From the NCBI GenBank assembly GCA_045601605.1, contig JAZRZY010000158.1:9079-73078 (forward strand): 64,000 bases of DNA, read 5' to 3'. The notes beneath the pieces were generated by a model. That model saw nothing but the letters and a program-made list of their open reading frames with translations, ran no database searches and was not told the DNA's origin. Positions 51,887-61,966 of the stretch are shown in pieces. The stretch's first letter is position 1; each line of letters begins with the position of its first letter. Made by a program: the position numbers and the translations under genes. Source of the DNA: Eubacteriales bacterium (lineage in GTDB: Bacteria > Bacillota > Clostridia > Oscillospirales > SIG627).

Positions 51887-53403
51887 ATTTCCTCTCCGTT
51901 CAAAGCTCCGGTTGCAATGAAGATCAAGGCGCAAAGAATTAAGGCGCCGAAGATACAGCAAACAACGGAAAGTGTCGTATCAAGTGTCGATAGATGAAGA
52001 AACAGGCCTTTGGAAAGCTCTGCCGCCGCAAACACGCATCCCGTCGGAAGAAGAATGTCACGCAGCAGGGAAAACCTAACGTTTAGATGCCGTCGCAATT
52101 CGATCTGCCCGAGCAAGGTGTTGATGCATTCGCCCGCATAGATCGTCACCAAATATCCGACCACGCCAAAGGGCGGCAAGAGAAAGTAAATGAGCGTCAG
52201 CGAAAGAAGTGAATCCGCAATTCCGATTCCCAACACTCTCATCTGCAAATCCAATCCTTTCAAAATTCCGTCGCTGACCGTATCCAAGTACATGACGGGA
52301 ACCAAGAAAGCAAGCGCGCGTATATAGAGCGAGGCCTCAGAGGTGCCGAAGACAAGCGAGGACAGTTCATCGGAGAAGACGAACATCATTCCTCCGCAGA
52401 CAATGGAAAAGAGCATCGTCATCCGCAAAACGCGGGTGGCAACGTACTCAAGCTGTTTTTTGGATTTTGCTTGCTTTAGAGCGGCGATTTCCGGAACCAG
52501 TTGGAGCGAGACAGCCCCCATAACAGCCGAGGGGTACAGGATGATCGGCAGAGCCATTCCTTGCACGGTACCGTAGGCGGCAAGTGCATTTTCGGCGGTG
52601 GAGCCGCTTTTCTTCAAGCCGTGAGGCACAAGAATGTTATATACGGTATTGAGTGAGGCGCGAAACAGCGCACCGCCCCCAACGGGGAAGGCGAGGCGTG
52701 AAAAAGCACGCAGAAATTTGCGGGGCGACTGCTTTGCATCGCTATGTTTTTGCCCTTTTGTGACAAAAACGTAGAACACGGATGAAAACAGAAAAGCAAC
52801 GACCTCCGAGATGGTGATTGCAAGTGCAATGGAGCAAATGGAAAAACTGAGTTGATCTTTTGAAAACCGCTCGAGCAGATAGACCGTCAATCCTACACGA
52901 ATGAGCTGTTCGCAGATCTGCACGGGGGCGTACATACGCATTTTTCGTTTCGCAATGAAAAATCCGCCGAATCCGGATGCCATCGAGAGGAACGGGAGGG
53001 AGACGGCAAGGATTTTCAGTGACAAAATTCCGCCCGGCGGATCGCCGAGAAGCTTTTGGCAAATCGGCTTAGCCAGGACACAAAGGAGAAATGCACAAAA
53101 AAGGCCAAGCACCGAGCAGCAAACGAGGATTCTTCGCATCGTGGATTTGAGGGACTTGTTTTCTTCGGCGCTCATCCGAGTGGCGGCAAGAGAAACTCCG
53201 GCAGTCGATGCGGTTTTGGCAAAGGCGTAAACACTCATAATGAGTTCAAATACGCCGATACCGACCGCTCCGATTTTGCCGGAGAGATACACGTTGTAAT
53301 AGACGATGATGGTGCGTGCAAAGAGCGTGGTGACGGTCAGCACCACGGTTGTGGAGAAGAGCGCGGCTGCGCGGCTTTTTGTTTTGAAATTTGGCGTGTT
53401 CAT
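51832..53403 (-). CDS. spoVB: Stage V sporulation protein B-like MOP-superfamily flippase
   Basis: 523 aa with about 14 TM helices. The N-terminus (GAVGIGVFELIMSVYAFAKTASTAGVSLAATRMSAEE) is colinear with SpoVB/MurJ-type flippases. Confidence 0.7.
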   Translation of the reverse strand: MNTPNFKTKSRAAALFSTTVVLTVTTLFARTIIVYYNVYLSGKIGAVGIGVFELIMSVYAFAKTASTAGVSLAATRMSAEENKSLKSTMRRILVCCSVLGLFCAFLLCVLAKPICQKLLGDPPGGILSLKILAVSLPFLSMASGFGGFFIAKRKMRMYAPVQICEQLIRVGLTVYLLERFSKDQLSFSICSIALAITISEVVAFLFSSVFYVFVTKGQKHSDAKQSPRKFLRAFSRLAFPVGGGALFRASLNTVYNILVPHGLKKSGSTAENALAAYGTVQGMALPIILYPSAVMGAVSLQLVPEIAALKQAKSKKQLEYVATRVLRMTMLFSIVCGGMMFVFSDELSSLVFGTSEASLYIRALAFLVPVMYLDTVSDGILKGLDLQMRVLGIGIADSLLSLTLIYFLLPPFGVVGYLVTIYAGECINTLLGQIELRRHLNVRFSLLRDILLPTGCVFAAAELSKGLFLHLSTLDTTLSVVCCIFGALILCALIFIATGALNGEEIQWACTLLRSKKLREEIN

Positions 53404-53430
53404 ACAAAATTATATGAGAGCACGCGCAAA

Positions 53431-53949
53431 CTATTCGCCGGATTTTTCTATGGGCTTCAGCCGTACATATAAAATGTTTTGCAGGAGTCCGAGAACTGCG
53501 CCGGTGAGCGTTCCGCAAAAAAGGAGTATGGGAGAGTAGTATAGAATCGGCGTGCCGTACAGAATGAGCGCGGCACAGATTTGCCCTGTTTGAAAGGCAA
53601 GCGACCCTGTGATACTGATGCTGAAAAAGGAAAATTTGTGCTTTAGAAGCGGGAGTGTGCCTTGCATGGCCAAAACCGAAAGCACTCCGCCCGAAAGTGA
53701 AAAGAAGAGGGTGGTGGGATTGCCGAACAGCAGGGCGGTAAAAACGCTTCTTGCGCCCATTAAGATCCACGGCGTGCTCCGTTCCTTTTTGGAGAGTGCA
53801 AACAGGATGACAAGGTTGGACAGGCCGAGTTTGATGCCGGCAATGGGGAAGACGACAAAGCCCTGCAGGATGTTTTCAAGCGCGCTGATCGCAAGGCAGA
53901 GGCAAAGTAAGGCGGAAAAACGCGCTACACGAAGTGAGCCGCGCATCAT
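53431..53949 (-). CDS. Gx transporter family protein (heptaprenyl-diphosphate-synthase component I-like)
   Basis: Start is ATG 53949, in an ATGA overlap with the upstream stop. About 172 aa with five TM helices, including ALENILQGFVVFPIAGIKLGLSN. Confidence 0.6.
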   Translation of the reverse strand: MMRGSLRVARFSALLCLCLAISALENILQGFVVFPIAGIKLGLSNLVILFALSKKERSTPWILMGARSVFTALLFGNPTTLFFSLSGGVLSVLAMQGTLPLLKHKFSFFSISITGSLAFQTGQICAALILYGTPILYYSPILLFCGTLTGAVLGLLQNILYVRLKPIEKSGE

Positions 53950-54317
53950 TTCACCACGGCATCGGGAGCATCGGCTGAGGTGATCCGGATTAAGATCTCC
54001 TGCGGCGCGCACAAAATGACTTGTCCCTCTCGATGGATCGCGGGTGCATTGACGCAGTCTTGTCCTTCGCAGTCGGAGGCGATCACTTTGGCGTATCCGT
54101 TTTGGATTTGAAGTGTAAGCTGATGCCCGCCCTCCGAAACGGTTGTTGTGCTATCGGTGTTCAGCGGTAATTGATGGAGAACTTCTCCGCTGTGTGTCAC
54201 GATTACGGTGCTTCCTGTATCTTGAAATATTCCAAGATACAGAAACAGGCAAAAGCACCCTGTCAAGAACAGGGCGCAAATGCAAAACAAAATATCTCGA
54301 AGCGTGACTTTTAACAT
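53946..54317 (-). CDS. NusG domain II-containing membrane-anchored protein
   Basis: Start is ATG 54317 (MLKVTLRDILF). One TM helix, then a beta-rich domain ending ...CEGQDCVNAPAIHREGQVILCAPQEILI. Confidence 0.6.
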   Translation of the reverse strand: MLKVTLRDILFCICALFLTGCFCLFLYLGIFQDTGSTVIVTHSGEVLHQLPLNTDSTTTVSEGGHQLTLQIQNGYAKVIASDCEGQDCVNAPAIHREGQVILCAPQEILIRITSADAPDAVVK

Positions 54318-54327
54318 GGGGGATTCC

Positions 54328-55935
54328 TTATTCTTCGCTTGAGTCTTTTTTGGAAGAGTTCTTCGTCTTTCTGCAAATGAAGAAAATGGGAAGGCTTGTG
54401 ACGAAGAGCACGGCAAGACCGATCAGGCAAACAAGGGGAATGTTGAGAAAACGAGGAAACGCATTGGGGATAGAGGAATCGTCAAGAGGCTCGGTAGGCT
54501 CTGTCGGGGGATCCGACTCGGTTTGCGGCTCTTCTGTTTCTTGGACGATCTCTTCAAAGATCGCATATACCTTCAGACTCTTGTCTTGGATCTTAACGGA
54601 GTCGGCTTTCAAGAGATCGCCGTCTTTGCTTAAGGCCCAACCGAGAAATGAGTAGGCGTTGCGGTCGTACAGCAGATCTTCTTCTGCAGGGAGCGCAACG
54701 GAACGACCGGTTTTTATGTTTTGAATCGTCTCGGGAGTCTCCTCAAACACTTCATTCGGGAAGGAGACGAACTCGATCTTGTAAACAGGCGTCCAGATCG
54801 CGTAAAGAGTGATGTCATTGTTTTCGATGGTGAGAGAACTTTGGCTCTTCAAAAGCTTGCCTTCGCCTTTAGGATCTGTACACCATCCGGAAAACACGTG
54901 TGATTTTTTCTTTAGATTCGTGGCTTTTTTTAGCTTTGCCGTCTCGCCCGTTTTATATTCATTCTTATCGGTTGGCGCAGTGCCTTTTGCGCCGTTGGCA
55001 TCATAGGTAATACGGTAGGTCGTGGCTTCGGGTGTGGTCGCGTTGCCGGTTTGCGGGGTGCTCGGTGTAGTCGTATTCGTGTTTTGCTCAGGGGGAGTGC
55101 TTGGCGTGGCAGGCGTCGTAGCATTTGTCTGCGTGTTGTTTTGGGTGCTGAGATCGGTGTTGAAACCAAGTGCCTTGGCGATCGTTTCCGCCATTAAGGC
55201 ATAGCCGTTCGCATTCGGGTGGACACAATCCATCAGAAGTCTGGAGAGCTTGACCTTGCCGACTTGATTGTTGGGTTGCGGGAATGCGCTTCTCAGATCG
55301 ATCGTGCGAACTCCGAGTTCTTCGGCGATGTTTTCTGTGATGGGAACGATGTATTTTTCAAGGTTTTCGTTGGAAATGCGATAGGAGCTTCTATTGAGGT
55401 ATCCTTCCTCCAGGGTAGGAGGCGGCAACATCACATAGACTTCGGGGTTGCTCGGCATATCGAGGAAGGATTGGATCAGTTTTTTGTATGCTTGATAGAA
55501 ATTTTCTTCTCCGCCGGTAGGGGCATCCCATACGCCGACATCGGATCCGACCGTTTTTTTGGAATCGTTGGTGCCAAGCATGATAAGGACAATGTCGGGA
55601 GAGGTCGTCAGCGCGGTTTTGATGCGTTGATTGGCCGCGGCACCATAGGCGAGCGCGGTATCGCCGCGTTTTAAATAGACGGGATCCGGCAGAACGCTGA
55701 GTCCGCTGACTCCGCAGTTGGAAATAGTATATTGCGTGCCTACGTATTTTTGGAGTTGCCCCTGATAGGTGCGCGACTGAACGACGCTCCCGATCTCAGA
55801 TCCGGAGCAGGAACCGTAGGTGATGGAATCTCCGACGGTCAAGATGTGTTTGGTGGCGGCATGCACGGGGGAGAAGGGTGCGGTCAAACTGAAGAAGAAC
55901 AGGGCGCAAAGGAGTGCAGACAATGTTTTTTTCAT
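54328..55935 (-). CDS. Secreted SGNH/GDSL hydrolase with Thr/Pro/Asn-rich linker, Listeria-Bacteroides-type repeats and C-terminal TM anchor
   Basis: Start is ATG 55935 (signal MKKTLSALLCALFFFSLTAPFSPVHA). Block I is LTVGDSITYG and block V is DCVHPN. Repeat sequence is YRITYDANGAKG...FSGW...LYAIW. The terminal TM helix is followed by an RKTKNSSKK tail. Confidence 0.7.
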   Translation of the reverse strand: MKKTLSALLCALFFFSLTAPFSPVHAATKHILTVGDSITYGSCSGSEIGSVVQSRTYQGQLQKYVGTQYTISNCGVSGLSVLPDPVYLKRGDTALAYGAAANQRIKTALTTSPDIVLIMLGTNDSKKTVGSDVGVWDAPTGGEENFYQAYKKLIQSFLDMPSNPEVYVMLPPPTLEEGYLNRSSYRISNENLEKYIVPITENIAEELGVRTIDLRSAFPQPNNQVGKVKLSRLLMDCVHPNANGYALMAETIAKALGFNTDLSTQNNTQTNATTPATPSTPPEQNTNTTTPSTPQTGNATTPEATTYRITYDANGAKGTAPTDKNEYKTGETAKLKKATNLKKKSHVFSGWCTDPKGEGKLLKSQSSLTIENNDITLYAIWTPVYKIEFVSFPNEVFEETPETIQNIKTGRSVALPAEEDLLYDRNAYSFLGWALSKDGDLLKADSVKIQDKSLKVYAIFEEIVQETEEPQTESDPPTEPTEPLDDSSIPNAFPRFLNIPLVCLIGLAVLFVTSLPIFFICRKTKNSSKKDSSEE

Positions 55936-55965
55936 AAGAAACCCTAACAATTAATGATTTTATTA

Positions 55966-55994
55966 ATTATATCATAAATTTATAAAACATACAA
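55966..55994 (-). promoter_or_regulatory. Promoter of the first SGNH gene
   Basis: Minus strand reads TTGTAT (55994-55989), 17 nt, TATAAT (55971-55966). Confidence 0.4.
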
Positions 55995-56041
55995 GATAAG
56001 AAACCCCGCTTCCCGATCGGGAATTGGTTTTTGGATAGATG

Positions 56042-57349
56042 TTATGCTTTCTTATTCTTCTTGAGAATCAGAATGCCGCCCACAAACAAGCCGGCGATCA
56101 AAATCAGACCAAAGACAACGATGAGGATGATGGGGAGGATGGAAGGAGATTCACCCCAAACGGGATAAAGCGTAATGCTTCCGGTTTCGGTGTTCAGTTC
56201 AATTTCCTGACCCTCTTCATAGACGGTACCGCCGCCGTTGGGCTCGGTGGACCAACCGATGTTGGCAACACCGTTCTTGGTGCAGAGACCGCGCGTGTTT
56301 TTGATGGTGATCGTACCGGAGCCAAAGACGGTTGCACCCTTCGGGATGACGGCATCGGCATCGGCATCGGCGCGATCGTAACTCAGCGCAAGCGTATCTT
56401 CCAGCAGTCTGGCATAGACGGTCTCAGCCATGATCTTGTAACCGTCGGAGTTGGGATGTACTTCATCCACGAGGAGCTTCTGGAGTTCTGCCGCACCTTC
56501 TTCGGTGGTGGGATCCGGGAACTGGGCACGCATATCAATCAGACCGACGGGCTTGCCCTCTGCCTGGAGATCTTCCACAATGCTGGTGATGAGGGGATTG
56601 ATCTCTTCGCGCATATTCTCATCGCTGATGCGGTAGTTCTTTTCAACATTGTTGTTCAGAGACGGAATCGGGAGCATGCAGTAAACGTAGGGCTGAGATT
56701 CCATGTTGAGGTACTTGTCGAGAATTGCGCGATAACGCAGTTCGAATTCCTGGGCGGGAGTGGGCTTCACAACGGTGTTGCCATCTGCATTCTTGATTTC
56801 GCCGAGGGTGTTGTCGTGATCGGTGAAACGGATATCCCAGTTGCCCTGCTCGTATTTACCGCTGGCACGGGTGGCAGAGATTTTGGAGTCGTTGGTACCG
56901 AGCATCAGGACGACAACGTCGAGATCGGTACGTGCAAAGCTGTTGACAAGCGTGGGAACGTAGAGAGCACCTTTTGCAAACTGCTCGCCTGCAATCGGGT
57001 CGTTCAGAACGGCGGTAGAAGCCTTGCCGTCGTTGTAGATGGTGCAAGTGTCGTTCTGGAAGATCACGTTGGTATTCTCTTCGCTGGCGCCGAGAATGCT
57101 CGGGGTGCCGCCGATGAGGGTAGCCAACTGACCGGGGTAGTTCTGGAGATCGTTCTTATCACCGGGTTTTACGGTGTTGTTGGCACTGCCGGAGCCGTAG
57201 GTGATGGAGTCACCGACGCAGGCGATGGTCAAGCCTTGGGGGAGAGTCTTCTGGGCTTCTTCCTCGGCAGCGGCAAATGCGGTCATCGGCAGAAGAGCAA
57301 CGACGCAGATAAGCGCGGCGAGGAGAGCGGCAAAAATGCGATTTTTCAT
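56042..57349 (-). CDS. Secreted SGNH/GDSL hydrolase with one repeat and C-terminal TM anchor (paralog-like)
   Basis: 435 aa with a signal peptide ending FAAAEEE. Block I is IACVGDSITYGSG and block V is DEVHPN. The repeat is IGWSTEPNGGGTVY...LYPVW. The terminal TM helix is followed by a KKNKKA tail. Confidence 0.7.
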   Translation of the reverse strand: MKNRIFAALLAALICVVALLPMTAFAAAEEEAQKTLPQGLTIACVGDSITYGSGSANNTVKPGDKNDLQNYPGQLATLIGGTPSILGASEENTNVIFQNDTCTIYNDGKASTAVLNDPIAGEQFAKGALYVPTLVNSFARTDLDVVVLMLGTNDSKISATRASGKYEQGNWDIRFTDHDNTLGEIKNADGNTVVKPTPAQEFELRYRAILDKYLNMESQPYVYCMLPIPSLNNNVEKNYRISDENMREEINPLITSIVEDLQAEGKPVGLIDMRAQFPDPTTEEGAAELQKLLVDEVHPNSDGYKIMAETVYARLLEDTLALSYDRADADADAVIPKGATVFGSGTITIKNTRGLCTKNGVANIGWSTEPNGGGTVYEEGQEIELNTETGSITLYPVWGESPSILPIILIVVFGLILIAGLFVGGILILKKNKKA

Positions 57350-57412
57350 TGATGTACCTCCAAATTATGGTGTGCGTTCATTATATCATTTGCGAGCGAT
57401 AAAAATCAAGAA

Positions 57413-59149
57413 TTATTTTTCGCGCTTGACATAGGTGGTGTGCAGAATGTGGTGTGCCTTGTGAGAACCCGGTTTTTCAAGATACTCGTCGTAGAGCTTG
57501 TTGATATCGGGGTTCTTGTGGGACTTGCGCATCGGCATATCACTGTCTGCATCATACAGAACCTTGGCGCGCAGAGCCTTGAGGTCCAAGGTGTTGCGAA
57601 CGTGGGCAGGCTGGAGGGGTTGACCGCCGCCGTTGACACAACCGCCGGGGCATCCCATGATCTCGATGAAGGTCCAACCGTCGGGATTGCCGGCCTGCAC
57701 GCGGTCCATCACGACCTTTGCCGCAGCGGCGCCGGAAGCGACCGCAACCTTGATCTTCATACCGTTGATATCGGCTTCTGCCTGCTTGAGGCCCTGAGTG
57801 CCGCGAACGGCCTCATAATCAAGGGCATCGGAATCTTTGCCTGTGAGCCAATCATTTGCGGTACGCAGAGCAGCTTCCATAACGCCGCCCGTGGCGCCGA
57901 AGATGACTGCCGCACCGGTGGATTCGCCGAGGGGGCTGTCAAATTTCTCGTCGGGCAGGGCAACAAAATCAATGCCTGCGCGCTGGATCATACGACCAAG
58001 CTCACGAGTGGTGATGGAGATGTCCGTATCGGGATAACCGGAAGCATCCATATCGTCTCGGGTGATCTCAAACTTTTTGGCGGTGCAAGGCATCACGGAG
58101 ACAACCACGATGTCCTTGGCGTCAATGCCCATCTTTTCGGCATAGTAGGTTTTGATGACAGCGCCCATCATCTGTTGGGGAGATTTGCAGGAAGAGAGAT
58201 GGTCGAGCAGTTCGGGATAGTAGAATTCCGCAAAACGAACCCAACCGGGAGAGCAGGAGGTGATCATCGGCAGGGTGCCGCCGTTCTGAACACGCTCGAC
58301 GAGCTCGTTGGCTTCTTCCACAATGGTCAGGTCGGCGGCAAAGTCGGTATCAAAGACCTTGTCGAAGCCGAGACGGCGCAGAGCGGCAACCATCTTTCCT
58401 TCCACGTTGGTGCCGATCGGCATACCGAAGCACTCACCGAGGGTGGCACGGATGGAGGGAGCGGTGTTGACCACGACGTGTTTGGTCGGATCGGCGATGG
58501 CATCCCAGACTTTCTGCGTGTCGTCCTTTTCGGTCAAAGCGCCGGTGGGGCAGACCACGGTACACTGGCCGCAAGCGATGCAGGAGGTGGTGTCAAGTTT
58601 GAGGTCAAACGGGGAACCGATGGAGGTATCGATACCGCGGTTGTTGGCACCGATCACGCCGACGTATTGCTGGTTGCAAGCGGCAACGCAACGGCGGCAG
58701 ACGATGCACTTGTTGTTGTCGCGCACGAGGTGGGGCATAGAGTCGTCGATCTCGAATTCCGGCTTGAAGCCTTCAAACGAAGATTCTTCCACGCCGTAGT
58801 CGCGGCAGAGCTTTTGCAGTTCGCAATCGGTGGAACGAACACAGGAAAGGCACTTCTTATTGTGCGTAGAGAGGATCAGCTCCAAGGTGGTTTTGCGAGC
58901 TTTCTGTACCTTTTCGGTGTTGGTCTGAATCTCCATGCCGTCGGTCACGGGGCACACGCAAGCAGTCACAAGACCGCGGGCACCGGTAGCTTCGACGAGG
59001 CAGATACGGCACGCACCGATCTCATTGATGTCCTTGAGGTAGCAGAGCGTGGGAATGTGCACACCGGCGGCACGGGCGGCTTCCAAAACGGTGGAGCCCT
59101 TCGGCACACTGACTTCAATGCCGTTTACTTTGCAATTTAACATATCCAT
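57413..59149 (-). CDS. hydA: [FeFe] hydrogenase catalytic subunit (HydA, multimeric NAD(P)H/ferredoxin-linked type)
   Basis: 578 aa with N-terminal 2Fe-2S and 4Fe-4S domains. H-cluster motifs are ITSCSPGWV, MPCTAKKFE and EIMGCPGGCVNGGGQP. Confidence 0.9.
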   Translation of the reverse strand: MDMLNCKVNGIEVSVPKGSTVLEAARAAGVHIPTLCYLKDINEIGACRICLVEATGARGLVTACVCPVTDGMEIQTNTEKVQKARKTTLELILSTHNKKCLSCVRSTDCELQKLCRDYGVEESSFEGFKPEFEIDDSMPHLVRDNNKCIVCRRCVAACNQQYVGVIGANNRGIDTSIGSPFDLKLDTTSCIACGQCTVVCPTGALTEKDDTQKVWDAIADPTKHVVVNTAPSIRATLGECFGMPIGTNVEGKMVAALRRLGFDKVFDTDFAADLTIVEEANELVERVQNGGTLPMITSCSPGWVRFAEFYYPELLDHLSSCKSPQQMMGAVIKTYYAEKMGIDAKDIVVVSVMPCTAKKFEITRDDMDASGYPDTDISITTRELGRMIQRAGIDFVALPDEKFDSPLGESTGAAVIFGATGGVMEAALRTANDWLTGKDSDALDYEAVRGTQGLKQAEADINGMKIKVAVASGAAAAKVVMDRVQAGNPDGWTFIEIMGCPGGCVNGGGQPLQPAHVRNTLDLKALRAKVLYDADSDMPMRKSHKNPDINKLYDEYLEKPGSHKAHHILHTTYVKREK

Positions 59150-59167
59150 TCTATTCTGGCTCCTTTC

Positions 59168-60988
59168 TTACTGTTTGGAGATTGCCTTGAAATTACAGCT
59201 GCCGATGCAAGCGCCGCATTTCACGCACTTCGAGGTGTCGATGGTGAGAGACGGAAGCTTGTGGCCGGGAGCAATGTAATCGGTCTTGGAGATGGCTTCT
59301 GCGGGGCAGTTCTTGGCGCATTTGCCGCAACCGATGCACTTTTCGGGATCGATGACGAAGTTCAAGAGATCCTTGCAAACGCCGGCGGGACACTTCTTGT
59401 CAACCACGTGGGAAATGTACTCGTCGCGGAAGAAGTGGAGGGTGGAGAGAACGGGGTTCGGTGCCGTCTGACCGAGACCGCAGAGGGAGTTTGCTTTGAT
59501 GTAGTGGCAGAGCTCTTCCATCTTATCAATGTCTTCAAGGGTGCCTTCGCCGCGAGTGATTTTGTCGAGCATTTCAAGCAGACGCTTGGTGCCGATGCGG
59601 CAGGGGGTGCACTTGCCGCAGGATTCATCGACGGTAAAGGCGAGGAAAAACTTCGCAATGTCAACCATACAGCTGTCTTCATCCATAACGATGAGACCGC
59701 CGGAACCCATCATAGAGCCAATTGCAAGCAGTTTGTCGTAGTCGATGGGAACATCGAGGTGCCCGGGCGGGATGCAACCGCCGGAGGGGCCGCCGGTCTG
59801 AGCTGCTTTGAACTTCTTGCCGTCGGGGATGCCGCCGCCGATTTCTTCAATGATCTCGCGCAGGGTAGTGCCCATGGGAACTTCAACAAGACCGGTATTG
59901 TGGATCTTACCGCCGAGTGCAAAGACCTTGGTGCCTTTGGATTTCTCGGTGCCGATGGAACGGAACCAATCCACGCCGTTTAAGATGATGCGCGGGATGT
60001 TGGCATAAGTCTCAACGTTGTTCAGAATGGTGGGCTTGCCGAAGAGGCCCTTGACCGCCGGGAACGGAGGACGGGGACGGGGCTCGCCGCGCTGAGATTC
60101 GATGGAGTTGAGAAGGGCGGTTTCCTCGCCGCAGACGAATGCGCCGGCGCCGAGACGCAGACCGATGTCAAAGCAGAAATCGGTGCCGAAAATGTTGTTG
60201 CCGAGCAGGCCGTATTCGTGTGCCTGTTCGATGGCGATGTTCAAACGCTCGACGGCGATGGGATATTCGGCGCGAACGTAGATATAACCCTGAGTAGCGC
60301 CGATGGCATAACCGGCGATCGCCATTGCTTCAAGCACGACGTGAGGATCGCCTTCCAAGATGGAACGGTCCATAAAGGCACCGGGGTCGCCCTCGTCGGC
60401 GTTGCAGCAGACGTACTTCTGATCGGCGTCGTTTGCCGCGGCAAAACTCCACTTGAGACCGGTGGGGAAGCCTGCGCCGCCTCGGCCGCGCAGCCCGCTG
60501 TCTTTCATCGTCTGGATGACTTCTTCGGGGGTCATTTCGGTGAGAACCTTACCCAAGGCGGCGTAGCCGTCCATGGCAATATACTCATCGATGTTTTCGG
60601 GGTTGATGACACCGCAGTTGCGAAGAACGATACGCTCCTGCTTTTTGTAGAAGGCGGTGTCACTCAGAGAAGTCTCGATTTTTTCGTTGACTTCATCGGG
60701 GATCACGTCGTTATAGACGAGTCTGTCAATGATACGGCCCTTGAGCAGATGCTCTTCCACGATTTCGGGGATATCTTCGGCCGTGACACGGCTGTAGAAG
60801 GTTCCTTCGGGATAAACGATCATGATCGGGCCGAGTGCGCAGAGACCGAAGCAACCGGTCTGGACGATCTTGATCTCGTTGGTCAATCCCTGCTTCTCCA
60901 ATTCGGAGGCAAGGACGGTTTGCAGCGTCTTACTGCCGGAAGAGGTACAACCGGTTCCGCCGCAGATCAAAACATGAGAACGATACAT
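59168..60988 (-). CDS. hydB: NuoF-like flavoprotein subunit (HydB/HndC)
   Basis: 606 aa. N-terminal thioredoxin-like 2Fe-2S domain, FMN/NADH site GRGGAGFPTGLKW, SLBB domain, NuoF 4Fe-4S domain and two C-terminal ferredoxin CxxCxxCxxxC motifs. Confidence 0.85.
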   Translation of the reverse strand: MYRSHVLICGGTGCTSSGSKTLQTVLASELEKQGLTNEIKIVQTGCFGLCALGPIMIVYPEGTFYSRVTAEDIPEIVEEHLLKGRIIDRLVYNDVIPDEVNEKIETSLSDTAFYKKQERIVLRNCGVINPENIDEYIAMDGYAALGKVLTEMTPEEVIQTMKDSGLRGRGGAGFPTGLKWSFAAANDADQKYVCCNADEGDPGAFMDRSILEGDPHVVLEAMAIAGYAIGATQGYIYVRAEYPIAVERLNIAIEQAHEYGLLGNNIFGTDFCFDIGLRLGAGAFVCGEETALLNSIESQRGEPRPRPPFPAVKGLFGKPTILNNVETYANIPRIILNGVDWFRSIGTEKSKGTKVFALGGKIHNTGLVEVPMGTTLREIIEEIGGGIPDGKKFKAAQTGGPSGGCIPPGHLDVPIDYDKLLAIGSMMGSGGLIVMDEDSCMVDIAKFFLAFTVDESCGKCTPCRIGTKRLLEMLDKITRGEGTLEDIDKMEELCHYIKANSLCGLGQTAPNPVLSTLHFFRDEYISHVVDKKCPAGVCKDLLNFVIDPEKCIGCGKCAKNCPAEAISKTDYIAPGHKLPSLTIDTSKCVKCGACIGSCNFKAISKQ

Positions 60989-61018
60989 TTTGCGATCCTA
61001 TCCTTTCTGCTTAAGCTC

Positions 61019-61387
61019 TTATTCTGCTTTTCCGATGGTGTATTCCTCCACGATCTTGCCGCCGAGGATGTGCTCCTTGACAATGCGTGCGGCCTTTTCG
61101 GGAGTCATCTTCACATAGGTGACCTTTTCTTTGCCTGCCTCGAAGACTTCAACCACGGGTTCCAGACGGCATACACCGATGCAACCGGTCTGAGTGACGG
61201 TTGCTTTTTCTGCGGCGCCCTGCTTTGCCACTTCTTCGACAAAAGCATTGAGAACGGGACGTGCGCCCGCTGCGATGCCGCAGGTAGCCATGCCAACCAC
61301 GATGCGAATGTCATTTTGTCCCTCGCGGAGGATGACACTGCCTTTCATACGGTCGCGGATGGCTGCCAATTCTTCCAAAGATTTCAT
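61019..61387 (-). CDS. Thioredoxin-like [2Fe-2S] ferredoxin (HndB-like)
   Basis: 122 aa containing VGMATCGIAAGA and TGCIGVCRLEPVV. Confidence 0.75.
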   Translation of the reverse strand: MKSLEELAAIRDRMKGSVILREGQNDIRIVVGMATCGIAAGARPVLNAFVEEVAKQGAAEKATVTQTGCIGVCRLEPVVEVFEAGKEKVTYVKMTPEKAARIVKEHILGGKIVEEYTIGKAE

Positions 61388-61410
61388 AGCTGTTTTCCTT
61401 TCTGTGTATC

Positions 61411-61962
61411 TTAATTTTTTTGAAAACGATTGTTATATTGATCCGTTAAATTTTCACGGATCCACAGCAATACGTCGGGAAGATTTAAGGGAACGTCGCC
61501 CAAAACCTCGCGAAGCTTGCGTGTGTCCAGTTCCACGTCACCGTCGGGTGATTTGTGTAAAAAGTGAAAATCGATTGCTTCCGAGCCTTGTATCAACGTT
61601 AAGAGGGTGGTGATCATATCGCCGATCGGGGCACAGTCGAGGTGATCGGTGTAAAATGTTGCACACACTTCTGTGCCGTGGCTCGTTTCATCCGTGGTGG
61701 ATTCGATGGTGAGAGTGCCGCCCGTTTGCTCGGCGGCCATTTTGAAAAGCGGGATCCCAAGTCCGATGGACCGCGTGGTGCGTGTGGTGAAGAAGGGGTC
61801 GCTCAAGCGCTGCACCGTCTCTTCGTTCATTCCGCAACCGTTGTCGCGAATGAGAATTTCCAGTTTGTTATCGGCTTCGGTCAAAAAGAGTTCGATGAGT
61901 GATGCGCCTGCGTGAACCGAGTTTTCGGCGATGTCTAAGATGTTGAGTGAAAGTTCCTTCAT
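61411..61962 (-). CDS. Stand-alone GHKL (HATPase_c) ATP-binding protein
   Basis: Start is ATG 61962 (MKELSLNILDIAENS). N-box, IRDNGCGM and GLGIPL blocks are present. There is no DHp or sensor domain. The track ORF is 32 codons longer. Confidence 0.65.
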   Translation of the reverse strand: MKELSLNILDIAENSVHAGASLIELFLTEADNKLEILIRDNGCGMNEETVQRLSDPFFTTRTTRSIGLGIPLFKMAAEQTGGTLTIESTTDETSHGTEVCATFYTDHLDCAPIGDMITTLLTLIQGSEAIDFHFLHKSPDGDVELDTRKLREVLGDVPLNLPDVLLWIRENLTDQYNNRFQKN

Positions 61963-61966
61963 AAAT

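Noticed and set aside
56039-61414. Long plus-strand ORFs (437, 566, 240 and 398 aa) antisense to the SGNH, hydA and hydB genes
   Set aside because: The minus-strand genes carry a signal peptide with GDSL blocks, H-cluster motifs and NuoF motifs. The antisense translations are Gly/Val/Asp-rich with no motifs.
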